From positions 8,426 through 72,425 of the forward strand of contig JBGTES010000024.1 of NCBI GenBank assembly GCA_041747675.1: a DNA stretch of 64,000 nt. The letters run 5' to 3'. The position numbers and the translations under genes are program-made. A model generated the notes under the pieces. That model worked only from the letters and a program-made list of their open reading frames with translations, ran no database searches and was not told the DNA's origin. This DNA is from Flavobacteriales bacterium (GTDB taxonomy: Bacteria > Bacteroidota > Bacteroidia > Flavobacteriales_F > PHOS-HE28). Of the stretch, positions 19,123 to 27,562 are shown piece by piece; position 1 is the first letter of the stretch, and every line of letters starts with the position of its first letter.

Positions 19123-20430
19123 TCAGTGTACCACCAACTTCAACCAATGGGGCCTGCCCTCCTGGAAGAGTATGCCCACGTGGTACAGTCCCCGGGCCAT
19201 GCCATGCAGCGGCACCTCCACATCTCCTGTCGCATTGTAGTGATGTTCGGCCACCTGTTTGCCGGACGCATCGATCAACACAACTCGGATATCGCCAGGG
19301 GCCTCCATGAAACGGATGGTGAAGCCCTGCCCCGCATCGGTGGGATTGGGCAGCAGCAACACGTTACGTTCCGGCAGTGCGGGTTCGGGAACGTCCACCG
19401 ATCCGGTGATCGTGGTATCGATGTTCACCACGATCCCAAAACTGGGCCCCCAGGTTCCTTGCGGATCGCGGGCACGCATCCAGAGTACGTTCACACCGGC
19501 TACCACCGGTGTAGGAATGGCTCCACCGCGGATGGCCTCGAAGGCATCGGAAAAGTTGCCATCCGTGGCGAGCATCGGCGTGGCGAAACCCGCACCAGGG
19601 TCAATGTTCACGTAGTACTCGGAGGCCGTGATCCGGATCTGCGGGAAGCTCACCGCCCCGGGCAGCACATCCACCACCACGCGGAACACCGGCCCCCAGT
19701 TCAGGTTCGCGTCGCGTGCACGCATGCCCAACACATGGGCACCAACTGACGGCAATGCGCCGGTCTCCACCATCACCTGCTCCATCGCATCATTGAAATT
19801 CCCATCGAAGGCTACCATCGGTGTGCCATTGCCCGCACCGGGATCGCTGTCCCAGAAGAATTCGGCCAGCGTCACCAATATCTCTGGTACGCTCTGCAAG
19901 GAAGGCTCCACCACGATCACCGTGCTGAACACCGGTCCCCATGCATTGTTGGCGTCGCGCGCACGGATCCCAAGCGTGTGTGGCCCGATCGATGGCAGTG
20001 CGGCTGTCTCGGCCAGAACGATCTCCAGGGCACTATTGAAGTCCCCATCAAAGGCCAGCATCGGAGTACCGTTCCCCGCGCCGGGATCGCTGTCCCAGAA
20101 GTATTCAGCCTGCGTGACTTGGATCTGAGGCGCCTCGAGGATGGAGGGATCCACAACCACCACAATGGTGAAGAGAGGCCCCCAGTTGTTGTTCACATCA
20201 CGTACCCGGATGCCGAGGGTATGCGGCCCAACGGCAGGCAAGGTGGAGGTTTCCAACAGGATGGCTTCAAGGGCATCACCAAAGCTGCCATCCACGGCGG
20301 CCACCGCCGTGCCATTGCCGGGTCCCGGATCGGTATCCCAGAAGTATTCAGCCGCTGTGAGCCCCTGCCCCACCAGCGCGATGGACCAGAGACCTGCGGC
20401 CGTCAAAAGGAAATTCCTCAGCATGATCAT
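19123..20430 (-). CDS. T9SS cargo protein with four tandem ~73-aa repeats (AE(Y/F)FWDxDPGxGNGT...WGP(V/L)F)
   Basis: Signal peptide, four internal repeats and a C-terminal T9SS-type sorting domain (LLLPNPTDAGQGFTIRF...WLKLVVH). Confidence 0.75.
   Translation of the reverse strand: MIMLRNFLLTAAGLWSIALVGQGLTAAEYFWDTDPGPGNGTAVAAVDGSFGDALEAILLETSTLPAVGPHTLGIRVRDVNNNWGPLFTIVVVVDPSILEAPQIQVTQAEYFWDSDPGAGNGTPMLAFDGDFNSALEIVLAETAALPSIGPHTLGIRARDANNAWGPVFSTVIVVEPSLQSVPEILVTLAEFFWDSDPGAGNGTPMVAFDGNFNDAMEQVMVETGALPSVGAHVLGMRARDANLNWGPVFRVVVDVLPGAVSFPQIRITASEYYVNIDPGAGFATPMLATDGNFSDAFEAIRGGAIPTPVVAGVNVLWMRARDPQGTWGPSFGIVVNIDTTITGSVDVPEPALPERNVLLLPNPTDAGQGFTIRFMEAPGDIRVVLIDASGKQVAEHHYNATGDVEVPLHGMARGLYHVGILFQEGRPHWLKLVVH
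19470..20355. repeat. ~219-bp tandem repeat x4 (intragenic, coding the 73-aa protein repeats)
   Basis: Protein repeats are near-identical in places (AEYFWDSDPGAGNGTPMLAFDGDFNSALE vs AEFFWDSDPGAGNGTPMVAFDGNFNDAME), implying DNA-level tandem duplication. Confidence 0.6.
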
Positions 20431-20442
20431 GGCGCGAACTGC

Positions 20443-21675
20443 CTATCGGTCCCAGGCGTTGGCCTTGACACGCAGCGTGGCACCCTCGCGGATGTTGTAG
20501 GGGTGACCAGCCAGATACACGCGGGCCGCACCGGTGTGTTTCGGGTGGAAATTATCCAGGGTATAGCTGCCGCCATAGGCACCGCCATCACCAAAGCTGA
20601 GATCCAGGTCATAGAATGGAGCCGCGGGGTTCACACCATCAATGGCCGGGCTACCGGGCGGCAGGCTGCCATCGGCCTCCAATGTCACGGGTTGGTCGGT
20701 GGTGTTGTTGCCCACAAAGGTGAAGCCCGTTGGAGAGATGGTCACGGTCATGCCCGCGTCCACCACATTCCAGTAGACGTTGATCTGCCCACTGTTCCCG
20801 CCTCCGTTATAGATGCCGCGGCGTGTCCCAACCGCCCCGGCGGTGATCACATTGTTCATCACTTCCCACACGGAACCTGAAGCGGTGCTGTTGAGATAGA
20901 TCGCATGCGAAGTGCCCGTGTGGGTGGTCTGCACGGTGTTGTTCCATACCAGATTCTGCACCCCCTGGGTGTTGCCGCCCATCACGTTGATGCCGTTGTT
21001 CATGTGGCGCACCCAGTTGTTGCGCACATGCACCACCTGTGCACGGGTGTTGCAAAGGATGCCGTTGCCGGACGTGCTTGTGTTCAGCACAATGTTTCCC
21101 ATGACGGCGGCGGTATCGCTCTGGAAGGCCGTACTCGACGGTGTGTAGCGGATCAGGTCATTGCCACTTGCGGAGGTCATTTCACAGCCGATGACATTTC
21201 CGAAGGAGAGATGGACATATCCATTCAGGAAGGTGCTGCCCACCACATCCACCTTGAAGATGTCGCTGTTCAGTTGCACATTCCCCTGGACGAAACGGCT
21301 GTCGATGATGGACACGCGGGCGCCGGCCACGGAACCCGTTCCCGCTGCGATGATGCTGCCGCTGGTGTTATGCATGCCGATGATCCGGATCACCCGGCCA
21401 TTGGCGCCGGTCATGGTCCATTGGCCCTGCACGATGAAGAAGCCGTTGTCCTGGAAGCTGAGGAACTCCAGGCTCTTGTTCACGTTGATCGTCTCGATCC
21501 ACGGAACGTCGCCCGCGCGATTCTTGATGATGATGCGATCACCGTCGATGGCGGCGCTCACAGCAGCGGCAATGTTGGCATAGGCCGGTGGCACACCGAA
21601 TTCTTCGACGATGCGGTCCACGGCGGAGGCTTGCAGGGCGATACCCACCAAGGCCAGGGTCAGGAAATGCTTCAT
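20443..21675 (-). CDS. right-handed parallel beta-helix repeat protein (secreted)
   Basis: Signal peptide MKHFLTLALVGIALQASA. Many N/G-rich ~22-aa beta-helix rungs (NTxxxGNxI...). Confidence 0.65.
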   Translation of the reverse strand: MKHFLTLALVGIALQASAVDRIVEEFGVPPAYANIAAAVSAAIDGDRIIIKNRAGDVPWIETINVNKSLEFLSFQDNGFFIVQGQWTMTGANGRVIRIIGMHNTSGSIIAAGTGSVAGARVSIIDSRFVQGNVQLNSDIFKVDVVGSTFLNGYVHLSFGNVIGCEMTSASGNDLIRYTPSSTAFQSDTAAVMGNIVLNTSTSGNGILCNTRAQVVHVRNNWVRHMNNGINVMGGNTQGVQNLVWNNTVQTTHTGTSHAIYLNSTASGSVWEVMNNVITAGAVGTRRGIYNGGGNSGQINVYWNVVDAGMTVTISPTGFTFVGNNTTDQPVTLEADGSLPPGSPAIDGVNPAAPFYDLDLSFGDGGAYGGSYTLDNFHPKHTGAARVYLAGHPYNIREGATLRVKANAWDR

Positions 21676-22045
21676 GTGATCGGTTTCGGGTGGCGAAGGT
21701 ATCCGACACTCTGAAACACCGCTGGCCGTGGTGGAAAATAGCGACCCCGGTGCCAGGGCAGCGACACCGGGGTCTGGGGAACACAGACCGTATGGCCTGG
21801 GATCTTTGCGGTCAGCGATCGCCGATCACGGCGAGATCGAGTTCAAGGGTAGTGGGATCGTCCTGGGCATCCGGTGCAGCCACCTCGATGACCGGGAGGT
21901 CGGATGGTGCCGGGATACACTGGGCGAACAGTTGTTCATCATCAGTAAGACAGAGGAGCAGGGTGATGGTCTGAATGGGCCACATGACAGGGAAAGGGGG
22001 TTACGGCTTCCCTGAAGAGTGGGCGCAAGTTGGCATGTATGGATC

Positions 22046-22082
22046 GGATTGTCAAGATGAATGTGGAAAAAGTATCGATGAA
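22046..22082. promoter_or_regulatory. two copies of 16-bp direct repeat GATGAATGTGGAAAAA spaced 21 bp, ~100 bp upstream of acs
   Basis: Exact repeat at 22046-22061 and 22067-22082 in an AT-rich patch of an otherwise GC-rich genome. Confidence 0.4.
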
Positions 22083-22182
22083 TGTGGAAAAATGATAGTC
22101 GGAGCAAATGTCTGAAGGTCGACTACCGGGCCGCCTTTGGGCACCATGAGGTCGTTGCGCCAGGGATCCGCAACTTCGTGGC

Positions 22183-24102
22183 ATGCGCAATGACCATCAT
22201 CGCCTCCGTACCCAGGCCGAATACGACAGCGCCTTTGCCGCCAGCATAGAAGGACCCGAGGCCTTCTGGGCCGCACAAGCCGAGCGCTTCACATGGCATA
22301 AGCCCTGGAACAAAGTGCTTGAATGGGATTTCGAGAAGCCCGATGTGCAGTGGTTCATCGGCGGTAAGTTGAACATCACCGAGAACTGCCTGGACCGCCA
22401 CCTGGAGATGCGCGGCAACAAACTGGCCTTGATCTGGGAGCCGAACGACCCGCAGGAACGCTACAGCCGCCTCACCTACCGCGAGCTGCACGAGAAGGTG
22501 TGCCAGTATGCCAACGTGCTCAAACGCAATGGCGCGAAGAAGGGCGACCGCATCTGCATCTACATGCCCATGGTGCCTGAGCTGGTGATCGCCACGCTGG
22601 CCTGCGCGCGCATCGGGGCCATCCATAGCGTGGTGTTCTGCGGATTCAGCGCACAAGCACTTTGCGACCGCATCCAGGATGCACAGGCGAACATCGTGCT
22701 CACCAGCGACGGCCTGAACCGCGGCCACAAGCAGATCCCCGTGAAGCGCGTGGTGGACGAGGCCCTGGAGAATTGCCCCAGCGTGCTAAAGGTGATCGTG
22801 ACCGAGCGCTTGGGCTGGGCCGTGAACATGGTGGAAGGCCGCGATGTGTGGCTGCACGACGAACTGACCCATGTGGACAAGCATTGTCCGGCCGAAGTGA
22901 TGGACGCGGAAGACCCGCTCTTCATCCTCTACACCAGCGGCAGCACCGGCAAACCCAAGGGCGTGGTACACACCTGCGGCGGCTACATGGTGTACACCGA
23001 CTACACCTTCCGCAACGTGTTCCAGTACGAGGAAAGCGACATCTACTGGTGTACGGCCGACGTGGGCTGGATCACCGGCCACAGCTACATCATTTACGGT
23101 CCGCTGCTGGCGGGCGCCACCACACTGGTGTTCGAGGGCGTGCCCACCTTCCCCGATGCAGGCCGCTTCTGGCAGGTGATCGACAAGCACGGGGTGAACA
23201 TTTTCTATACGGCACCCACCGCGATCCGCAGCCTGATGGCCCAGGGGCTGGACCACGTCCTCGCCTACTCGCTCGATAGCCTGAAGGTGATCGGCACGGT
23301 GGGCGAGCCCATCAACGAAGAGGCCTGGCATTGGTACAAGCAGCACATCGGTAAGGGCCAATGCCCGGTGGTGGACACGTGGTGGCAGACCGAGACCGGC
23401 GGCATATTGATCAGCACCATGGCCGCTGTGAACGACGAGAAACCCGCGCACGCCGCGTGGCCGCTGCCCGGTGTGCAACCCGTGCTGCTCACACCCGAGG
23501 GCAAGGAGATCACCGAGAACGAAGTGGAGGGCCTGCTGTGCATGAAGTTCCCGTGGCCCGGCATCCTGCGCACCACCTGGGGCGACCACGAGCGCTGCCG
23601 CCAGACCTACTTCAGCAGCTACAAAGGCTACTACTTCACCGGCGATGGCGCCAAGCGCGACGCCGACGGCCGCTACCGCATCATCGGTCGGGTGGACGAT
23701 GTGATCAACGTGAGCGGCCACCGTTTCGGCACGGCCGAGATCGAGAACGCCATCAACCAGGCCAAGGGCGTGGTGGAAAGCGCCGTGGTGGGCTTCCCGC
23801 ACGACATCAAGGGCCAGGGCATCTACGCCTACGTGGTCTGCGAAACACCCATTGCCGCCGATGATGCGCAGGCCATGGAGAACATGCGCGGCGAGATCCT
23901 GGAAGCCGTGGTGGCGGGTATCGGCCGCATCGCCAAGCCGGACAAGATCCAGTTCGTGAACGGGTTGCCGAAGACGCGCAGCGGCAAGATCATGCGGCGC
24001 ATACTTCGGAAGGTGGCGGAGAATGAGTTGGGGAGTTTGGGGGATACGAGCACGTTGTTGGATCCGGCGGTGGTGGAGGAGATCATGGCGGGGCGGGTTT
24101 GA
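22183..24102 (+). CDS. acs: acetyl-CoA synthetase (acetate--CoA ligase)
   Basis: AMP-binding motifs YTSGSTGKPKG, YxTGD, PKTRSGKIMRR. Length 639 aa. Confidence 0.9.
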   Translation: MRNDHHRLRTQAEYDSAFAASIEGPEAFWAAQAERFTWHKPWNKVLEWDFEKPDVQWFIGGKLNITENCLDRHLEMRGNKLALIWEPNDPQERYSRLTYRELHEKVCQYANVLKRNGAKKGDRICIYMPMVPELVIATLACARIGAIHSVVFCGFSAQALCDRIQDAQANIVLTSDGLNRGHKQIPVKRVVDEALENCPSVLKVIVTERLGWAVNMVEGRDVWLHDELTHVDKHCPAEVMDAEDPLFILYTSGSTGKPKGVVHTCGGYMVYTDYTFRNVFQYEESDIYWCTADVGWITGHSYIIYGPLLAGATTLVFEGVPTFPDAGRFWQVIDKHGVNIFYTAPTAIRSLMAQGLDHVLAYSLDSLKVIGTVGEPINEEAWHWYKQHIGKGQCPVVDTWWQTETGGILISTMAAVNDEKPAHAAWPLPGVQPVLLTPEGKEITENEVEGLLCMKFPWPGILRTTWGDHERCRQTYFSSYKGYYFTGDGAKRDADGRYRIIGRVDDVINVSGHRFGTAEIENAINQAKGVVESAVVGFPHDIKGQGIYAYVVCETPIAADDAQAMENMRGEILEAVVAGIGRIAKPDKIQFVNGLPKTRSGKIMRRILRKVAENELGSLGDTSTLLDPAVVEEIMAGRV

Positions 24103-24163
24103 GTGTTTGTTCTGTGCAAGGCTACATCCACTCTTCACCTCTGAATGATAGCTGCGAGAACCA

Positions 24164-25012
24164 TTGTTCCGTTGTGCGGAGAGATCAAGGCAAGTGATAC
24201 TGGGCCTACCCCGTATATTCGCTCTCCTAACAGATAAAAGCACCCATGCGTACCCCCCCCCCCCCTTCGTCCTGATCGTTGCTATCTCGCTGTTCCTGGG
24301 CGCCTGTAAGAAGGACAAGGATGAACCACAACCTACGCCGACCCCTCCACCCTCTGGCAATACGGCCACGGACATTGACGGCAATAGTTACAACACGGTC
24401 ACGATCAGCGGACAGGTGTGGATGGTCCAAAACCTGCGCACCACAAAGTATCGCGATGGCAGTGCCATTACCAACGTAACGTCCCACACCGCTTGGGGCA
24501 CGTTGACGACAGGCGCCTGGGCTGCCTATGACAATGATGCGGGCAACGTCTCCACCTACGGACGCCACTACAACTGGTACGCGGTGAACGATCCACGCGG
24601 CCTGTGCCCTCAAGGCTGGCATGTGCCAACCGATGCCGAATGGAAGACCTTGGAGACCGCCTTGGGCATGCCTGCCGCCCAATTGAACCAGAACGATGCC
24701 ATGCGCGGCGGTGCGCAGAACGTGGGAGGCAAGATGAAGAGCACCACCAACCATTGGTTCCAACCCAATACAGGCGCCAACAACGAGAGTGGATTCACCG
24801 CATTGCCAGGAGGAGTTCGCTACTCGGACTACGAACCGGGTGTTGACCCATCCTCCTTTTTTGAGATCGGTGAAAGTGGTGCGTGGTGGAGTTCTACGGC
24901 GAACGATGCGAACAGCGCTTGGGCCCGGCAGCTCCTGCATCAGGACGCTGGTGTATACCGCGGCCATGAAGTAAAGGAGGAGGGATATTGTGTGCGGTGT
25001 GTGCGGGATTGA
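24164..25012 (+). CDS. Fib_succ_major (TIGR02145-like) domain lipoprotein; N-terminus disrupted by or controlled by a poly-C tract
   Basis: Domain signature VWMVQNLRTTKYRDG...YGRHYNWYAV...CPQGWHVPTDAEWKTLE. Signal/lipobox FVLIVAISLFLGAC. The best start codon (ATG 24246, giving MRTPPPP...) is +1 out of frame. Confidence 0.7.
   Translation: MFRCAERSRQVILGLPRIFALLTDKSTHAYPPPPFVLIVAISLFLGACKKDKDEPQPTPTPPPSGNTATDIDGNSYNTVTISGQVWMVQNLRTTKYRDGSAITNVTSHTAWGTLTTGAWAAYDNDAGNVSTYGRHYNWYAVNDPRGLCPQGWHVPTDAEWKTLETALGMPAAQLNQNDAMRGGAQNVGGKMKSTTNHWFQPNTGANNESGFTALPGGVRYSDYEPGVDPSSFFEIGESGAWWSSTANDANSAWARQLLHQDAGVYRGHEVKEEGYCVRCVRD
24253..24265. repeat. homopolymeric C(13) tract
   Basis: 13 consecutive C between ATG 24246 and the lipoprotein signal-peptide codons. 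Confidence 0.9.
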
Positions 25013-25097
25013 GCCCCAACGACAAGCGGAACCTTGAATGACACTCCGTCTTCAAGCCACTGCACCATTTCCCGAAAACGGTTAAGCAAGGCCATCC

Positions 25098-25200
25098 GTC
25101 AAACCTTCATCAATTCGACTTCCGCCTTCCGCTTTCGGAAGTGCTTGTCCTGCGTGATGAGGGGGATATGCCAGTGTGCGGCGGTGGCGGCGCTCGACCC
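25098..25200 (-). pseudogene. 3-prime remnant of PIN-domain (VapC-like) toxin gene, copy A
   Basis: Translates ...AATAAHWHIPLITQDKHFRKRKAEVELMKV* (PIN C-terminal motif). No N-terminal part; it abuts the stop of the nucleotidyltransferase gene. Confidence 0.55.
25138..25192. repeat. direct repeat copy A (~55 bp, ~90% identical to 29117-29171)
   Basis: GGAAGTGCTTGTCCTGCGTGATGAGGGGGATATGCCAGTGTGCGGCGGTGGCGGC versus copy B. Differences are at 5 of ~55 positions. Confidence 0.8.
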
Positions 25201-25647
25201 CTACTTGTCCGGCCCGATATTCTCCAGGTCATCCAGGTCCCGATGACGGCCTGTCGCCCGCTTGTTCTTCACCAGGTCGTAGTAGCCGATGAAGTTCATC
25301 GATAGCCCATCGAAGCTTACCTCTTTGCGGTTGGCGTAACACTCCGAGAAGGTCACGCCGTCGATGGATGTGAGCAGATCGATGCGGAGCGGAGGCTGCC
25401 CGAACTGGATGACGTTCCCTTCCTTGGTCAGGTCTTCGACCGTGAGCTTGAACGAGCCGAATCCAAAATCCACGATCGCACGCAAGACTTTCTCCGCATT
25501 CTCCGGTGATGGGTCCAGCCAGATATCGAGGTCGCCGGTATAGCGCGGATAGCCGTGGACACCCACTGCGTAGCCCCCCACGATCATGTACGCGGCGTCA
25601 TGCTCTTTGAGCAACGCGACAAACTCTTTGAAGTCTTTGCTCAGCAT
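25201..25647 (-). CDS. nucleotidyltransferase-fold protein (possible TA/abortive-infection component)
   Basis: ATG 25647 gives MLSKDFKEFVALLKEHDAAYMIVGGYAVGVHGYPRYTGDLDIWLDP, resembling minimal nucleotidyltransferase families common next to TA genes in Bacteroidota. Confidence 0.5.
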   Translation of the reverse strand: MLSKDFKEFVALLKEHDAAYMIVGGYAVGVHGYPRYTGDLDIWLDPSPENAEKVLRAIVDFGFGSFKLTVEDLTKEGNVIQFGQPPLRIDLLTSIDGVTFSECYANRKEVSFDGLSMNFIGYYDLVKNKRATGRHRDLDDLENIGPDK

Positions 25648-25755
25648 GGGTGGCCTTGATGTACTGGAGACGGAGCATCTCGATGGCAAGCAGGCGCTCG
25701 GCCACCGGCCTTGAAAGCCAGTATTCGCGGTCGCTTCCGGCTTCGTTCATGCGTA

Positions 25756-26256
25756 CTATACGCACCTTCCGTTCCATGCCGTGAAGTTACGGGAAAGCGT
25801 TGCTACACCGTCCATCTCGATACTCTTGAGCCGCTGGTTGATCCAATTCTCAGAGTACCCCAAACGCAGATACTGCTCCAAGGCCCGGTCGATGGTAAGT
25901 TCGGGGTCCTGCATCTCGTCCAGCCCCTCCGATGCCACTTGCGCCAACCACAACTTGAAGGGTTCGGCCTTGGGTGAAGGGATGGACTGGATGAGGCGGA
26001 AGAGCTGCTCAGTGTCGGCGACGTCGGTCTTGTAATTCTTCCCGTCGGCTGAAGGCAATTTCAGTTGTCCGATTTTATCGGACAGTTCACTTCCCTCCCG
26101 CATGAGCTTGGTCTTCAGGTCGTTCCAGTACTTGCGCGGGCGGTCGTTGCCGGTAAGCGCACTGATGACGTCGATGATGGAGAAGAACCACTTCTCCTGT
26201 TCGGCGTCCTATACTGTACGTACTTGCTTCTCCTCGAAGATCTCTTGCTTGTTCAT
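25756..26256 (-). pseudogene. Bro-N / DNA-damage-inducible protein D (DinD)-like gene interrupted by a single in-frame TAG
   Basis: ATG 26256 then MNKQEIFEEKQVRTV, TAG at 26211..26209, then in the same frame DAEQEKWFFSIIDVISALTGNDRPRKYWNDLKTKLMREGSELS... to stop 25756. The interrupted codon sits where a conserved W is expected in Bro-N proteins (my recollection; TGG to TAG would be a single-base change). Confidence 0.6.
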
Positions 26257-26371
26257 GCTTTGGACGCCGAAGCCCGGCGTAGGCGTTGGCGGTGGAAGGA
26301 ATGTCCAAGGTAGGGAGTGGGGACGGTGGTAGTGGAGATCACGGCGGTATGTGTGTGATATCTTTGAAGGC

Positions 26372-26584
26372 ATGAAGCGCTCCACCATCAAAGGCGTAAA
26401 GCTGATCACGGACGAGACCGAGAACCGGCGCTACGTGCAGATCGACCTGGCCACCTTGGTAAGTGAGCCCGAGGCAGTGGAGGAGTACCTCGATGGCCTC
26501 ATCGCCAAGGCCAGGCGTGATGAGCCATCCGTGCCGCACGATGAAGTGATGCGTGCTGTGTACAAGCGAGCCAAGCGGAAGTGA
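26372..26584 (+). CDS. putative antitoxin of the downstream RelE/ParE-like gene
   Basis: Small (70-77 aa) acidic/basic protein. Its stop overlaps the GTG start of the toxin (GTGA). Alternative GTG start at 26351. Confidence 0.5.
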   Translation: MKRSTIKGVKLITDETENRRYVQIDLATLVSEPEAVEEYLDGLIAKARRDEPSVPHDEVMRAVYKRAKRK

Positions 26585-26838
26585 TCTATCACATCGAATG
26601 GATGCGTAGCGCGGTGCGTGAGCTGAACGCTCTTCCCGCGAAGACCGCAATCCGGGTCGGTGAAGCGGTCGGTCGCTTGCCGGAAGAACCGAGACCTGCT
26701 GTTTGCAAAAAGCTCTAGGGGCATACGGACCTCTGGCGCATCCACATCGGCAACTACCGGGTGGTCTACTTCATCGGCAATGCGATCAAGCTCGTGCGCA
26801 TCGAGAAGGTATCGGACCGAAAGGATGCTTATCGATGA
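26581..26838 (+). pseudogene. RelE/ParE family toxin gene with a single in-frame TAG at codon 46
   Basis: GTG 26581 then IYHIEWMRSAVRELNALPAKTAIRVGEAVGRLPEEPRPAVCKKL, TAG (26716-26718), then GHTDLWRIHIGNYRVVYFIGNAIKLVRIEKVSDRKDAYR*. This matches the RelE core (KKLkG..LyRirvGdYRviY). Confidence 0.65.
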
Positions 26839-26923
26839 CTGATCGGACTCTGCCGATCTCAGTAGCGGTTGTTGGTGATCACAGCCAGGCATGTACGAAT
26901 CCCCCCTTACCTACCTTTGAAGC

Positions 26924-27253
26924 ATGCTGCGCGAGCTGATCTCCCGTGACCCCGAGGGGTTCAAGCGCCTGTGCGAAGAGCATCAGGTGGCTTCGCTGCA
27001 TGCCTTCGGTTCTTCGGTGCACGGCCCATTCAAAGCGGATAGCGATGTGGACCTCGTGGTGGACCTGAAAGCCCGCGACCCGCTCGCATTCGGCGAACTG
27101 ATGCTCGATCTGTGGGACAAGCTGGAGGCCTTCTTCGGCCGTCGTGTGGACCTGCTGACCATGCGCTCGGTGAAGAACCCTGTGATGCGCGAGGTGATCG
27201 AAAAGACCAAAGTGCTCGTGTACGATGGAGACCAAGCGCAAGTACTGGTCTGA
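26924..27253 (+). CDS. minimal nucleotidyltransferase (MntA-like antitoxin)
   Basis: GSSVHGPFKADSDVDLVVDL, the GSx(n)DxD motif of MNT proteins. Confidence 0.75.
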   Translation: MLRELISRDPEGFKRLCEEHQVASLHAFGSSVHGPFKADSDVDLVVDLKARDPLAFGELMLDLWDKLEAFFGRRVDLLTMRSVKNPVMREVIEKTKVLVYDGDQAQVLV

Positions 27254-27554
27254 TATCGTGCTCGCTTTGGATGCCATCGACATCCATTTGCAGGGCATCA
27301 CGACCTATGAGCAATATGCTGCGTCCATCACGATTAAGGACGCAGTGGAGCGTCGGCTGATCATCATTGGGGAAGCCGTCAACAAGTTGATGTTGCTCGA
27401 TCCGAATGACCCGATCGAGGATGGGCAGAAGATCCGGGCCTTCCGGAATCGGTTGGTGCATTCCTACGATGCTACGGACGATATGACGGTATGGGCCATC
27501 CTGCGGAATCATTTGGCACCGCTGCGGAAGCTGGCTAAGGTCAGGGCAGAATGA
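27225..27554 (+). CDS. HepT-like HEPN (DUF86) toxin
   Basis: RNRLVHSYDATDDMTVW matches the Rx4-6H HEPN motif of DUF86. Overlaps the MNT gene by 29 bp. Confidence 0.7.
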   Translation: METKRKYWSDIVLALDAIDIHLQGITTYEQYAASITIKDAVERRLIIIGEAVNKLMLLDPNDPIEDGQKIRAFRNRLVHSYDATDDMTVWAILRNHLAPLRKLAKVRAE

Positions 27555-27562
27555 GTGCCCCC

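Noticed and set aside
22662-23279. 205-aa Arg/Gly/Pro-rich ORF in an alternative frame
   Set aside because: Embedded in the acs coding sequence, whose frame is unambiguous from AMP-binding motifs. Alternate-frame GC artefact.
25201-25203. Nucleotidyltransferase TAG stop being in frame with the PIN C-terminal remnant (possible readthrough fusion)
   Set aside because: A PIN C-terminal 33-aa tail without the rest of the domain has no obvious function. Frame coincidence has a 1 in 3 chance, so it is kept only as a note.
26209-26718. Hypothesis that TAG is a sense codon (genetic-code reassignment) in this organism
   Set aside because: TAG terminates the GNAT/CN-hydrolase gene at 15624-15626 exactly where the protein family ends. 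The two in-frame TAGs would also need different amino acids (W-like in DinD, K/Q-like in RelE). They are treated as nonsense mutations pending read-level checks.
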